A stretch of DNA of 64,000 bases, taken from positions 401 through 64,400 of the forward strand of contig CBIHKY010000009.1 in assembly GCA_966205705.1 (NCBI GenBank), given 5' to 3'. Shown here in pieces: positions 40,753-50,300 of the stretch. Under the pieces are notes generated by a model that was given only the letters and a program-made list of their open reading frames with translations, searched no databases and had not been told where the DNA came from. Every line of letters begins with the position of its first letter. Within the stretch, counting starts at the first letter, position 1. The stretch comes from an uncultured Alphaproteobacteria bacterium. Lineage in GTDB: Bacteria > Pseudomonadota > Alphaproteobacteria > Sphingomonadales > Sphingomonadaceae. Position numbers and translations under genes: made by a program.

Positions 40753-43164
40753 ATGAAAAACCGTGCTTATGCATTCTTGTCTGTCGGCGTTGCCAGCATC
40801 GCGCTCATGGGCTTCTTCCCCACTTCCGCTCAGGCGCAGAACGTATCCGAGTCGCAAAGTGAGAGCGCTGCAACATCCCAAGCCGTTGACAGTGACATCA
40901 TTGTAACTGCGCAATTCCGCCGTCAGCGCCTTCAGGATGCCCCGCTCGCGATCACGGCAGTCTCCGGCGAGATGCTTGAGGCGCGCAGCCAGACGAGCAT
41001 TGCCGATGTTGCGGCGCAGGCGCCCAACGTCAATCTGCGGGAAGCGCCTGCGACCTTCGGTCCTTCAATCCAGGCCTTCATCCGTGGCGTCGGCCAGAGC
41101 GATTCAACCTTCGCGCTCGAGCCGGGTGTCGGCCTCTATGTGGATGATGTCTATTACTCCACGCTGCAGGGCTCGATGCTCGATCTGCTCGACCTCGACC
41201 GGGTCGAGATCCTGCGCGGTCCGCAAGGCACGCTGGCGGGGCAGAACTCCATTGGCGGTGCGATCAAGATCTACTCCAAAAAGCCGGATGGCTCTGGGGG
41301 CGGTTATGTGCAGGCCACTTATGGCCGCTTCAACCGCACGGAGTTTCGTGGGGGTGTCAATCTCACGCTTCTCCCCGAGCAGCTCTTCCTGCGGCTCTCC
41401 GGCGCTGGCGTGAAGAAGGATGGCTATGTCACCCGCTATGATTATCGCTGCACCCACCCCAACTCGCCGGTGCGCGGCTTTGCCGTGTCGGACAATTGCA
41501 AGCTGGGGACAGAGGGCGGTAAATCCTATGTCGCGGGCCGGGCATCGCTGCGCTGGGTGCCGACCGATGCGCTCGAAGTCTCGATCATCGGTGACATTAC
41601 GCGCGATGACAGCGAGGCATCTCCCTCGACCCTGCTCTATGTCGGTACGCTCACTGGCGCAGGATCATCGCCAACCGCGCCCTATGTGATCGACGGTGTT
41701 CCGCTCGGCACGGCAGCCGGATCGCCCTTTATCAGCTATTCGCCATATGGCAATTTTGCACAGGATAGCTTCTCCAAAAGTCCGTTCATCAGCTATGAAA
41801 ATTACCAGAATTATGCGCCGCGCGACGGCACCGCGCCCTATTCCGCCCCGGCGCGCAGTTCGCTGGATACGTGGGGCGTTTCCGGGCAGGCAACGCTCAA
41901 GCTGAGTGAAGCGCTGTCGCTCACCTCGATCACATCCTACCGCAAATATAACGCCATCTTTACGTCGGCAGAGTCCTCGCCCGTCAACACGGCGCTGACG
42001 GCCAATGATGTGAATCATCGCCAGTTCAGCCAGGAATTGCGGTTCAGCGGATCGGTCGGCACATTGCTCGATTTCACGGTGGGCGGCTATTATTTCAAGG
42101 CGACCAGCGATGGCGGATCGCGCGTGCAATTGCCGACGCTGGAATTCCGCCAGAATGACCATGTGGAATCCAAGACCAAAGCCGCCTTCGCTAATGCCGA
42201 GTTGCATGTGACGAGCAAGCTCTCGCTGATCGGCGGTCTTCGCTACACGGATATCAGCAAGAGCTTCCAGTATGCGCGCAAGGGCAATCCCGGCAGCATC
42301 TTTGGCGGCGCACCGCCGCCATCGCTCGCGCCCCTCGATGGGCTGGTCCGCACCTTCGCGGGCGATCAGCTCGATTATCGCGCCGCGATCCAATATCGCT
42401 GGACGCCTGACTTCATGACCTATGGGCAGATTGCGACCGGCTTCAAGAGCGGCGGGTCCAATCCACGGCCCTTCTTTCCCGCACAGGCGCTCACACATGG
42501 GCCAGAGACGCTGACGGCCTATGAACTCGGCTTTAAGAGCGACCTGTTCGATCGGCTGCTGCGCCTGAACGTTTCTGCATTTTATAATAAATATAATGAC
42601 ATATTGGTGAGCGTGGCGACTTGCCCGACAGTCCCTGCCACACCCTGCTCGCTACCGCTCAATGCAGGCAAAGCCAATCTGAAGGGCTTTGAGGTTGAGA
42701 CGACATTGCGCCCCGTTCGTGGCCTGCTGATCGATGCATCATTGGGCTATCTCGATTTCGAGTATGAATCGATCTCGCCTCTCGGCGCGAGCGCTGGCAT
42801 CACATTGGGGATGCAGGCGCCCTTCGTGCAAAAGTGGCGCTGGAGCATCGGTGCACAATATGAGGTTGATCTGGGCGGCGCGGGCACATTGACCCCGCGC
42901 GTCGATGTCAATTCGCAGAGCGATTATTTCAACACGGCCGTCAATCGCCCGCCTTTCAACGTCGTGCCGGGGCGCACGGTGGTGAATGCCCGGCTGACCT
43001 ATCGCGATCCATCGCAGGATTGGCAGATTGCGCTGGAGGTCACTAACCTGACGGATCGCCTTTATTATGATGGCATCTTCGATAATCGCGGGTCGACCCA
43101 GGCCATTCAGGCGCGCCCCGCCCGCCCGCGTGAATGGGCCGTAACGCTCAAGCGGAACTTCTAA
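40753..43164 (+). CDS. TonB-dependent receptor
   Basis: Signal peptide, IIVTAQ.R.Q.LQD.PLAIT, VEILRGPQGTL.G.NS.GGAI, C-terminal F. Confidence 0.95.
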   Translation: MKNRAYAFLSVGVASIALMGFFPTSAQAQNVSESQSESAATSQAVDSDIIVTAQFRRQRLQDAPLAITAVSGEMLEARSQTSIADVAAQAPNVNLREAPATFGPSIQAFIRGVGQSDSTFALEPGVGLYVDDVYYSTLQGSMLDLLDLDRVEILRGPQGTLAGQNSIGGAIKIYSKKPDGSGGGYVQATYGRFNRTEFRGGVNLTLLPEQLFLRLSGAGVKKDGYVTRYDYRCTHPNSPVRGFAVSDNCKLGTEGGKSYVAGRASLRWVPTDALEVSIIGDITRDDSEASPSTLLYVGTLTGAGSSPTAPYVIDGVPLGTAAGSPFISYSPYGNFAQDSFSKSPFISYENYQNYAPRDGTAPYSAPARSSLDTWGVSGQATLKLSEALSLTSITSYRKYNAIFTSAESSPVNTALTANDVNHRQFSQELRFSGSVGTLLDFTVGGYYFKATSDGGSRVQLPTLEFRQNDHVESKTKAAFANAELHVTSKLSLIGGLRYTDISKSFQYARKGNPGSIFGGAPPPSLAPLDGLVRTFAGDQLDYRAAIQYRWTPDFMTYGQIATGFKSGGSNPRPFFPAQALTHGPETLTAYELGFKSDLFDRLLRLNVSAFYNKYNDILVSVATCPTVPATPCSLPLNAGKANLKGFEVETTLRPVRGLLIDASLGYLDFEYESISPLGASAGITLGMQAPFVQKWRWSIGAQYEVDLGGAGTLTPRVDVNSQSDYFNTAVNRPPFNVVPGRTVVNARLTYRDPSQDWQIALEVTNLTDRLYYDGIFDNRGSTQAIQARPARPREWAVTLKRNF

Positions 43165-43301
43165 AGCTAGAGCCAACGCGATTGCCGACAAGGAGCTGCA
43201 TTTTCGACTGAGGAATCTGCTAATTTGTGATGTGATTGAGTGGAGGCAAGTGTCGCCGCTCATCAATCGACAACGTCATTCTAAGCTGTGAATGATCCCG
43301 C

Positions 43302-44087
43302 CTATTGCCCCGCCAATGGTCCGGTCGGCGGGGCTGGGAAGTCGAGTGGTGCAATTGCTGCGCCGGGATAGCCCTGAACGGCGGCCTCATAAATTTCAAC
43401 GCCGAGCGGACTGTAAGCAATCAGGCTCATGGCAATCTGCGCGGCTGTGATTGCGCCTATCCCCCACAGCCAGCCACGGTGAACCGTCCCATGCCGACGG
43501 CGATCAGCCAAGGCTCCGATGACGGGCCAGATCATCACCGCTGCAAAGACGGCCCATCCGGCGTGCGGGATCATAAGGGGGAGGGGGAGCAGTCTTCCGA
43601 ACGCGGGGCCGGTGAGAACGGCCATCCCACAATAAAGCAGTCGCCGATGCCAAGCGGTGTGCCGGCGCAACATGATCGCGGCGGCGGTCAACGCTCCAAA
43701 GCACAGTATGGAGAGCGCATTCATCACAAGAAAATAGGCGGGTTCGAAAAAGAACGGGCTCGTGCCGCGGCGCACTGTCGCGACGGTTGTGTAAATGCCG
43801 AGGATCACAACGCCCAACGCCCATCCGCAACTGAGCCAGCCAAGTTTGCGATGCAGCGTCATCGATCCGCGCGTGACGAGGATATTTTGAGCGACATAAA
43901 GCGCGACCCAGCCGAAGAAGACCAGGGCATGGAGATGTACAAGGGGTGGCGCGGCGAAAGTGGATCGGCCCATCGCCAATTGAAACGAAAAGCCCGCGAC
44001 GATGGTTAGCGCCATCGCGAGGGCCATCTTCAGAAAGAAGCGGTCGTCTCGGCCATAACCTGGCTGTGCTGCGGCATGCGTTGCCAT
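43302..44087 (-). CDS. Multi-pass membrane protein of unknown function
   Basis: About 7 hydrophobic segments; H-x-H (VHLHA), HRKLG and HRRL motifs. Confidence 0.75.
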   Translation of the reverse strand: MATHAAAQPGYGRDDRFFLKMALAMALTIVAGFSFQLAMGRSTFAAPPLVHLHALVFFGWVALYVAQNILVTRGSMTLHRKLGWLSCGWALGVVILGIYTTVATVRRGTSPFFFEPAYFLVMNALSILCFGALTAAAIMLRRHTAWHRRLLYCGMAVLTGPAFGRLLPLPLMIPHAGWAVFAAVMIWPVIGALADRRRHGTVHRGWLWGIGAITAAQIAMSLIAYSPLGVEIYEAAVQGYPGAAIAPLDFPAPPTGPLAGQ

Positions 44088-44211
44088 ATTGATCCCCCCA
44101 AATCACCCTGCTCCGAAAATAGAGCAATAGCGCGTGAACCTCAACTGGTTCGCCGCGTGGCCGAGGCGCGATCTCGACGCGCGCACCGTAGCGGGTTAAG
44201 TCATGCGAGCC

Positions 44212-44859
44212 ATGTCTTCCTTGCTCCCCATCCTCTACAGCTTCCGTCGCTGCCCTTATGCCATGCGCGCACGGCTGGCCGTGGCAGTCAGTGGTGTGGC
44301 TTGTCATCTCCGCGAGGTGAAGCTTTCGGCCAAGCCAGTGCAAATGCTTGCTGCTTCACCCAAGGGCACTGTGCCGGTGCTGGTGCTGCGCGATGGCAAG
44401 GTCGTGGATCAAAGCCTTGATATCATGCGGTGGGCGTTGGGGCAGGGCGACCCTGAAGGCTGGTTGACGCGCAATGACCCAGCGCTGATCGCGCGCAATG
44501 ATGGCCCCTTCAAGCAGGATCTTGATCGGTACAAATATCCTGAGCGGCACGAGAGTGATCCGCTGGCACATCGGAAGCTAGGCCTGGCCTTTTTGCGCGA
44601 TCTCGATGCGCAGGTGGCAAAGCAGGGCCAGCTCTGTGGCGCCATGCGCGGGCTGGCCGATATGGCGATCATTCCCTTTGTGCGGCAATTTTCAGCGGTT
44701 GATGCCGAATGGTTCGAGGCGCAGTCTCTGCCTCATTTAAAGCGATGGCTGGCGGGGCATCTCGCATCGCCTCTGTTCGAGACGATCATGATGCGGTTCG
44801 CGCCGTGGCAGGAGGGCGATGCGCCCGTCCTCTCCCCGTCAGAAAACCCGCCTGCCTGA
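44212..44859 (+). CDS. Glutathione S-transferase family protein
   Basis: LYSFRRCPYAMRAR, SPKGTVPVL, SLDIM.WAL, DMAIIPFVRQF. Confidence 0.93.
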   Translation: MSSLLPILYSFRRCPYAMRARLAVAVSGVACHLREVKLSAKPVQMLAASPKGTVPVLVLRDGKVVDQSLDIMRWALGQGDPEGWLTRNDPALIARNDGPFKQDLDRYKYPERHESDPLAHRKLGLAFLRDLDAQVAKQGQLCGAMRGLADMAIIPFVRQFSAVDAEWFEAQSLPHLKRWLAGHLASPLFETIMMRFAPWQEGDAPVLSPSENPPA

Positions 44860-44870
44860 CGCTCTCTCAA

Positions 44871-45485
44871 TCACTGCAGCCGCTTTGTCCCGCTCGATTC
44901 GCCATGGCGCATGAACTGCATGAGTTGGATCGTGAGTTCGGATCGCTCGGGCAAATCCTCCGCCTCAAGCAGCGCCTGCTTGGCGGCAAAATCGAATGGA
45001 GCGATCTGTGCGATTGCGTTCACAAGCGTCTCGTCATCAAGCGAGGAGACCGCATCCCATTCCACAGCATAGCCCAGCATGTCGGCGAAGAGGTGCGCCT
45101 CTTCTTCCAGCGCGGCCCGCTCGCTTGACGCCAGCACCGTGGGCTCGCCGCCATCAGTCTCGAATAGCTCTGCCTCCACCTGCCGGAAGGATGTGACGAC
45201 ATCCAGCTCGCGCTGCACGCGGAATCGGCTCTCACCAGCAAGGATGATGTTGAAGCGCCCATCATCCAGCGCCTCAATCTCGGATATGCGGCCCATGCAT
45301 CCCACTGAATAAAGCGGGGAAGGGTCGCCCGGCCCGCTGGGCTGAATCATGCCGATGCGCTGGTCACGCGCCATCGCCTCGCTCACCATCGCCCGGTAGC
45401 GCGGCTCGAAGATGTGGAGGGGCAAGTGCATCCGCGGAAACAGCACCGCGCCGCCAAGCGGAAAGATGGAGATGCGTCGGCTCAT
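44871..45485 (-). CDS. LON peptidase substrate-binding domain protein
   Basis: IFPL.GAVLFP...LPLHIFEPRYRAMV, DGRFNI.L.G..RF. Confidence 0.92.
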   Translation of the reverse strand: MSRRISIFPLGGAVLFPRMHLPLHIFEPRYRAMVSEAMARDQRIGMIQPSGPGDPSPLYSVGCMGRISEIEALDDGRFNIILAGESRFRVQRELDVVTSFRQVEAELFETDGGEPTVLASSERAALEEEAHLFADMLGYAVEWDAVSSLDDETLVNAIAQIAPFDFAAKQALLEAEDLPERSELTIQLMQFMRHGESSGTKRLQ

Positions 45486-45491
45486 GGCGGC

Positions 45492-46403
45492 TCAGGCGAA
45501 CAGGATCTGGGAGAGGCGACGGCGCTGGCCGGATACCCAGGGATCTTCCAGGCCCACCACCTCAAAATATTGCAGCAATTGCGCCTTGGCTTTGCCATCC
45601 TCCCATGTGCGGTCCCGCGCGACGCTGCTTAGCAGTGCGTCGGCAGCGGCATCGCGCTCACCATTGGCCATATAGGCGGCGGCGAGATGGAACAGCGCAT
45701 CATGGTCATCCGGATCCGCTTCCACGCGCGCCTTGAGTGGCGCGACGTCGACACCGGGCGTTGCGGTGCGTGCAAGCGCAATGGCTGCGCGCCCGCGTTC
45801 GACCGCCGCATCCTTGGCAAGCTCTGGCGGCAAGTGGGCAATAAGAGTTTCTGCCTCATCGAGCAGGCCAAGCGCGACCATCGCGCGCAGCTCGCCGCCA
45901 ATGGCTTCTGTATTGTCCGGCACCATCTCGATGATCTGCGAAAAGACGGACAGTGCCCGCTCATGTTCGCCAGCGGCCAGCACCTCTTCCGCCATCGCGA
46001 GCAGCGGCGCGATATCCTGCGCGATCTGGCCGGCCTCACTCTCTACAGGGATCTGCGCGAGAATTTGGTCGAGCATCTGGCGATATTGCCCCTCGGTGCG
46101 CGCCGATGTAAGGTCCGCGACCGGCTGGCCCTGAAACACGGCATAAACGGTGGGGATGGATTGCACGCGGAATTGGCTGGCGATGAACTTATTCTCATCG
46201 ACATTGATCTTCACCAGCAGCACGCCACGATCAGCATATTCAGCAGCGATCTTCTCGATGATTGGCGAGAGCGTCTTGCAGGGGCCGCACCACTCCGCCC
46301 AAAAGTCCACAAGCACCAGCTTGGATTGCGACGGGTCGACCACATCGCGGCGAAAATCCGCAATCGCCTGCTTGTCCTTTTCGCTCATCCCGAGGGTGGC
46401 CAA
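45492..46403 (-). CDS. cnoX: Thioredoxin-TPR chaperedoxin (CnoX/YbbN)
   Basis: DFWAEWCGPCK plus TPR C-terminus; TTG start after AGGAG. Confidence 0.88.
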   Translation of the reverse strand: MATLGMSEKDKQAIADFRRDVVDPSQSKLVLVDFWAEWCGPCKTLSPIIEKIAAEYADRGVLLVKINVDENKFIASQFRVQSIPTVYAVFQGQPVADLTSARTEGQYRQMLDQILAQIPVESEAGQIAQDIAPLLAMAEEVLAAGEHERALSVFSQIIEMVPDNTEAIGGELRAMVALGLLDEAETLIAHLPPELAKDAAVERGRAAIALARTATPGVDVAPLKARVEADPDDHDALFHLAAAYMANGERDAAADALLSSVARDRTWEDGKAKAQLLQYFEVVGLEDPWVSGQRRRLSQILFA

Positions 46404-46577
46404 TGATCGTCTCCTGCTGTGCACCTGTTTCGCGTCAGCATATGGGGCTTGAAGAGCGCGTTTCGCAAGGGTGAGCGGAATTCTTTGGGGGAGGGCGCAA
46501 AAGGGGCTTGTCGACCTAGAAAGGCGGTGCTAGTTGCGCGCCTCACCTGATCGGGACCAACATCCTGATCCGCCCGA

Positions 46578-46652
46578 GCGGGCGTAGCTCAGTGGTAGAG
46601 CACAACCTTGCCAAGGTTGGGGTCGAGGGTTCGAATCCCTTCGCCCGCTCCA
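46578..46652 (+). tRNA. tRNA-Gly (GCC)
   Basis: GCGGGCGTAGCTCAGTGGTAGAGCACAACCTTGCCAAGGTTGGGGTCGAGGGTTCGAATCCCTTCGCCCGCTCCA. Confidence 0.98.
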
Positions 46653-47115
46653 GTTTTTCCAAGAAAAACAATTGACTTAGTGTCATTCCCCATGCGGGGG
46701 TGGCAAGCGCTAACATGCTACTAGCACGCAGCGTTACGGGAATGATCGGGCGCGACGCGACCCGACCGACTTCTTCCATGAGGTCGTCCAGCGCCTCACG
46801 CGCTTTGCCGAGATAGTCCGGGGCATACTTCGCGCAGCGCCCGATTGTCCTGAAGTTCGGCGTGGAATGACCCAGCATCCCGGCAATCTCCAATTCAGGC
46901 ACTCCGCGTGAGCGTAGCTCGGTCGCGACGGTATGACGGATCGAATAGGGCACCACTTCGGCGTCAAGGCCAGCCGCATCCCGGATCGTCCGCCATGTCT
47001 TGTTGATCTTTTGAACCGGTTTCCCGTGCCAGTGGACGAGCGGCCCGGTCGCCGCTCAATGGGACTGGGAAATCAGGCGTCGGCACCACGGGGCGGCGCT
47101 TCTTCGTCTGCGCAG
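46653..47115 (-). pseudogene. Tyrosine recombinase (integrase) C-terminal remnant
   Basis: QTKKRRPVVP in one frame, then after a frameshift/TGA AATGPLVHWHGKPV..INKTW...YSIRHTVATEL..GV....IAGMLGH; N-terminus missing; RCAKY at the position where the nucleophile Tyr (RYA) is expected. Confidence 0.85.
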
Positions 47116-47123
47116 TGTCATAT

Positions 47124-47672
47124 TCATTCTCCGATCGCAGCGGGCACGTCATATCCCCATTCCGCATATTGGCGGGCAATCACCTTCGCCATCAGCGCTA
47201 ATTCGGGAGAACCATCGCTTGGACGATGGCTCATTATGATCGGTGATGTCGCTGGCTCCAGAAGATCGCGAAAAGCGACATCATGGCTTCGTGCACGACG
47301 AACTGATTCCGGCACGATTGCAATGCCTTCTTCCGCGGCGACGAGGCCGATCGCAATCTGAAGTTCTCGCGCTTCATGAACGACGCGCGGTTCGATGGCG
47401 TGGTCGCGGAATAAAGAAATGACCTGGTCTGCGTAGCTGGGACGCGGCGCACGTGGGTATATAATTTGCGGTTCATTCGCCAACTCGTGCAGGGAAACTG
47501 GCCCCTTTTGCTGAGCTAAGGCATGTCCCATGGGAAAGGCAGCGACCAACTTCTCGTGGCGCAGAATGACACGACGCACAGCTGGATCTTCGAAGCGAAT
47601 TCGACCGAAGCCAACGTCTATGCGTCCCTCCTTCAATGCGACAATCTGCTCGAGCGTGCTGCTCTCGACCAG
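47124..47672 (-). pseudogene. LysR regulator (CatR/BenM-like), effector domain only
   Basis: LVESSTLEQIVALKEGRIDVGFGR.....IGLVAAEEGIAIVP; no HTH, and LysR similarity stops at about 47672. Confidence 0.8.
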
Positions 47673-48287
47673 GCATCCCGCTACAAGCTGATGGCCAGCG
47701 CCATTACGCCCCGGCCGATTGCATGGGTGACATCGCAAAGCGCGCAGGGCGTGCTGAATGCCGCGCCCTACAGCTTCTTCAACATGATGGGCGACGCACC
47801 GCCCACGATTGCGCTCGGCCTCCTCCAGCGTGATGCCGGCGGTTCGAAAGACACGGCAACGAACATTCTCGAAACGGGGGAGTTTGTCGTCAACCTCGTC
47901 TGTGAAGCGCAGGCCGAGGCCATGAACATAACCTGCACTGATGCGCCGCCCGAGGTCGATGAACTTGCGTTGGCGGGACTAAAAACCTTGCCCTCGCGAT
48001 CGGTGAAGCCGCCGAGGATAGCGGGTTGCCCAGCCAGTTTCGAGTGCGTGACACTTCACGCGCTGGAAACCGGCCCGGGACAGACAGTCGTGATTGGACA
48101 GGTGCTCGTCGCTCACATTGACGATGCGTTCCTTCTCGATCCCGCACGTCTCCACATCGACACGCCAGCCATGCAACTCATTGCACGGATGCACGGGCGC
48201 GGATGGTATGCGCGCTCGACCGATTTGTTCCAAATTGAGCGACCCGCTTATGCCGATCTATTGGCGAATGCTGCAGAGGAAAATTAG
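47662..48287 (+). pseudogene. Flavin reductase-like protein, probably 5'-truncated
   Basis: RYKL...ITPRPIAWVTS, NAAPYSFFN, KDT..NI..TGEFVVN, RMHG; no credible start or RBS before RYKL. Confidence 0.65.
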
Positions 48288-48383
48288 TCGCGCTGAACTC
48301 GACAGCGGTAACGGGAGAAATTAGCCTATTGATCGCTTAGCCTCCAAGGCACCCTAGTTTAGGGCTGGGAAGTCCCGAGCATC

Positions 48384-48989
48384 TCACCCCGGATAATTGG
48401 ATTTGCTGAGCAGCCCCGCCAGATGCGCGGCGTTGCTTGCCACCATTTTTGCGGTTTCCTTCACCTTTTTCGGCGTCGTCTTCAGGTCTTTGAAGTCGAC
48501 CGAGCCCATCGCCTCGCCAACCCAATAACAGGCTCCGATGGCGGGAATCGTCCAACCGACATCGTTGAGCGCCTGAAATATCTGTGCCGAGCAGAAATGT
48601 GCGCCATCCTCATTGCCGACGATGGCCGCGACTGCCACTTTGCCATAGCTTGGCATGCGCCCGGCATCGTCCGTCTCGGAGAGGAAGGCATCCATTCGCT
48701 CCAGCACGCGCTTGGTGACGCTGCTGACCTGGCCCATCCAGATTGGTCCACCTAGAATGAGAATGTCGTGCGCGAGGATTTTTTCGCGCAGTGCAGGCCA
48801 ATCATCGCCTTCGCCTTCGTCGGAGGTCACGCCGGGTTTGATGTTGAGCGCTGCAACACGCACCGGCTCGCTTACCTTCACCCCATGCTTGCCGAATGCT
48901 TTGGCTAACAGCGCGATCATCGCGTCGGTGGAGGAGGCTTCACGCGCGTCGCTTTTTAACGTGCAGTTGAGGGGTAGGGCCTTGAGCAT
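48384..48989 (-). CDS. NADPH-dependent FMN reductase / flavodoxin-like protein
   Basis: LNCTLK, DILILGGPIWMG..SS..KRVLERMD, GNEDGAH. Confidence 0.88.
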   Translation of the reverse strand: MLKALPLNCTLKSDAREASSTDAMIALLAKAFGKHGVKVSEPVRVAALNIKPGVTSDEGEGDDWPALREKILAHDILILGGPIWMGQVSSVTKRVLERMDAFLSETDDAGRMPSYGKVAVAAIVGNEDGAHFCSAQIFQALNDVGWTIPAIGACYWVGEAMGSVDFKDLKTTPKKVKETAKMVASNAAHLAGLLSKSNYPG

Positions 48990-49164
48990 GATCATCCTCT
49001 CGATGTCGAACTGTTCGAGATTGTAGTTCCGCAGTCAGCTATTCGTTCCGGTAGCGTGCCGAGCCGGGTCAGATTTTCGACGCATGTCTTGATGCAGGTT
49101 TCACGTCCAGCACGATCCCGCGCCTTGCTCGTTCATCACGCAGGATGAAAATGAGGAGAAGGTC

Positions 49165-49458
49165 ATGCCTCGCGGAGACAAATCGAGCTACACGGAGAAG
49201 CAGAAGCGCAAAGCAGAGCATATCGAAGCAGGCTATGAGAAGCGCGGCGTCTCAAAGGACGAGGCGGAAAGCCGCGCCTGGGCGACGGTGAACAAGGAAT
49301 CCGGCGGCGGGAATAAGTCCGGCTCAGGGCGGGGTAAGGCCGACAGCCACGCCTCGTCGCGCAAAGGCGGCAAGATCGGTGGAGCGAACCAAAGCGCCGA
49401 GAAACGATCTGCAGCGGCCAAAAAGGGTTGGGAAACGCGGCGTAAGAACGCAGGCTGA
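49165..49458 (+). CDS. Small basic stress-associated protein (KGG-like motif)
   Basis: MPRGDKS.YT.KQKRKA.HIE..YE.RG.S..EAE.RAWATVNK, SRKGGK.GG, AKKGWETR. Confidence 0.8.
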   Translation: MPRGDKSSYTEKQKRKAEHIEAGYEKRGVSKDEAESRAWATVNKESGGGNKSGSGRGKADSHASSRKGGKIGGANQSAEKRSAAAKKGWETRRKNAG

Positions 49459-49547
49459 CGGTGCGCCTGCCATGATCGTTCGTGACGAATGGGGGTGGAG
49501 CCTTTGCAGCTTTTGACGCGACCGCTCTCACCCGCTACCGGCACTGC

Positions 49548-50300
49548 ATGATCGCTCTCTTGTCCCCCGCCAAAACGCTCGATTTCGAGCGTGCTCTTCC
49601 GCCGCTCGAGGTTTCAACGCCGCATTTTGCGCAGGAGGCGCAGAGCCTCGCGAAATCTGCTGCCAACCTGACGCAGAAGAAGCTGAGCGAATTGATGCAT
49701 ATCTCGCCTCGTTTGGCTGAGCTCAACGCCCATCGCTTCCGCGATTTTGCCGAATTGCCTGAGCGTCAGGCGCTCTTCGCGTTCGCTGGCGATGTTTATA
49801 CGGGCTTTGAGGCCTATACGCTGGATGAAGCGGGCGTGGCATTCGCGCAGGATCATGTGCGGATGCTCTCCGGCCTTTATGGCTTGCTCCGTCCGCTTGA
49901 CGCGATCCGGCCCTATCGGTTGGAAATGGGCACGCGTTGGGCGCCGCGCCACAAGAAGCTCACTGATTGGTGGGGCGATCGTATCGCGCAACATCTCCTG
50001 ACCCAACTGGCGGAAGAGGGCTCCGGCACGGTGCTCAACCTCGCCAGTCAGGAATATTATGCAGCGGTAGCGGGCAAGCTGCCCGGTATCCGCGTGATCG
50101 AGGTGGAATTTCGCGAGCCGGGGCCCGATGGCCCGCGCTTCATCAGCTTCAACGCCAAGCGTGCCCGCGGCATGATGGCGCGCTGGCTGTGCGAGCATCA
50201 CATTACCGATGTTGAGGCAATGCGCGGCTTCGATAGCGATGGCTATCGCTTCGATGCCGATGAGAGCGACGCCGACCGCTGGCGCTTCACCCGCGCATGA
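49548..50300 (+). CDS. yaaA: YaaA family peroxide-stress protein
   Basis: LLSPAKTLDF, F.GDVY.G, ILSGLYG.LRP.D.I.PYRLEMGT, LNLASQEY, AK.ARG.M. Confidence 0.93.
   Translation: MIALLSPAKTLDFERALPPLEVSTPHFAQEAQSLAKSAANLTQKKLSELMHISPRLAELNAHRFRDFAELPERQALFAFAGDVYTGFEAYTLDEAGVAFAQDHVRMLSGLYGLLRPLDAIRPYRLEMGTRWAPRHKKLTDWWGDRIAQHLLTQLAEEGSGTVLNLASQEYYAAVAGKLPGIRVIEVEFREPGPDGPRFISFNAKRARGMMARWLCEHHITDVEAMRGFDSDGYRFDADESDADRWRFTRA

Noticed and set aside
49109-49133. EcfG promoter before the KGG-like gene
   Set aside because: CGTT is present but the -35 reads AGCAC (3/5); too weak to call
28657-49160. att direct repeats of the tRNA-Ala or tRNA-Gly 3' ends
   Set aside because: No second copy found by eye, so island boundaries remain unproven
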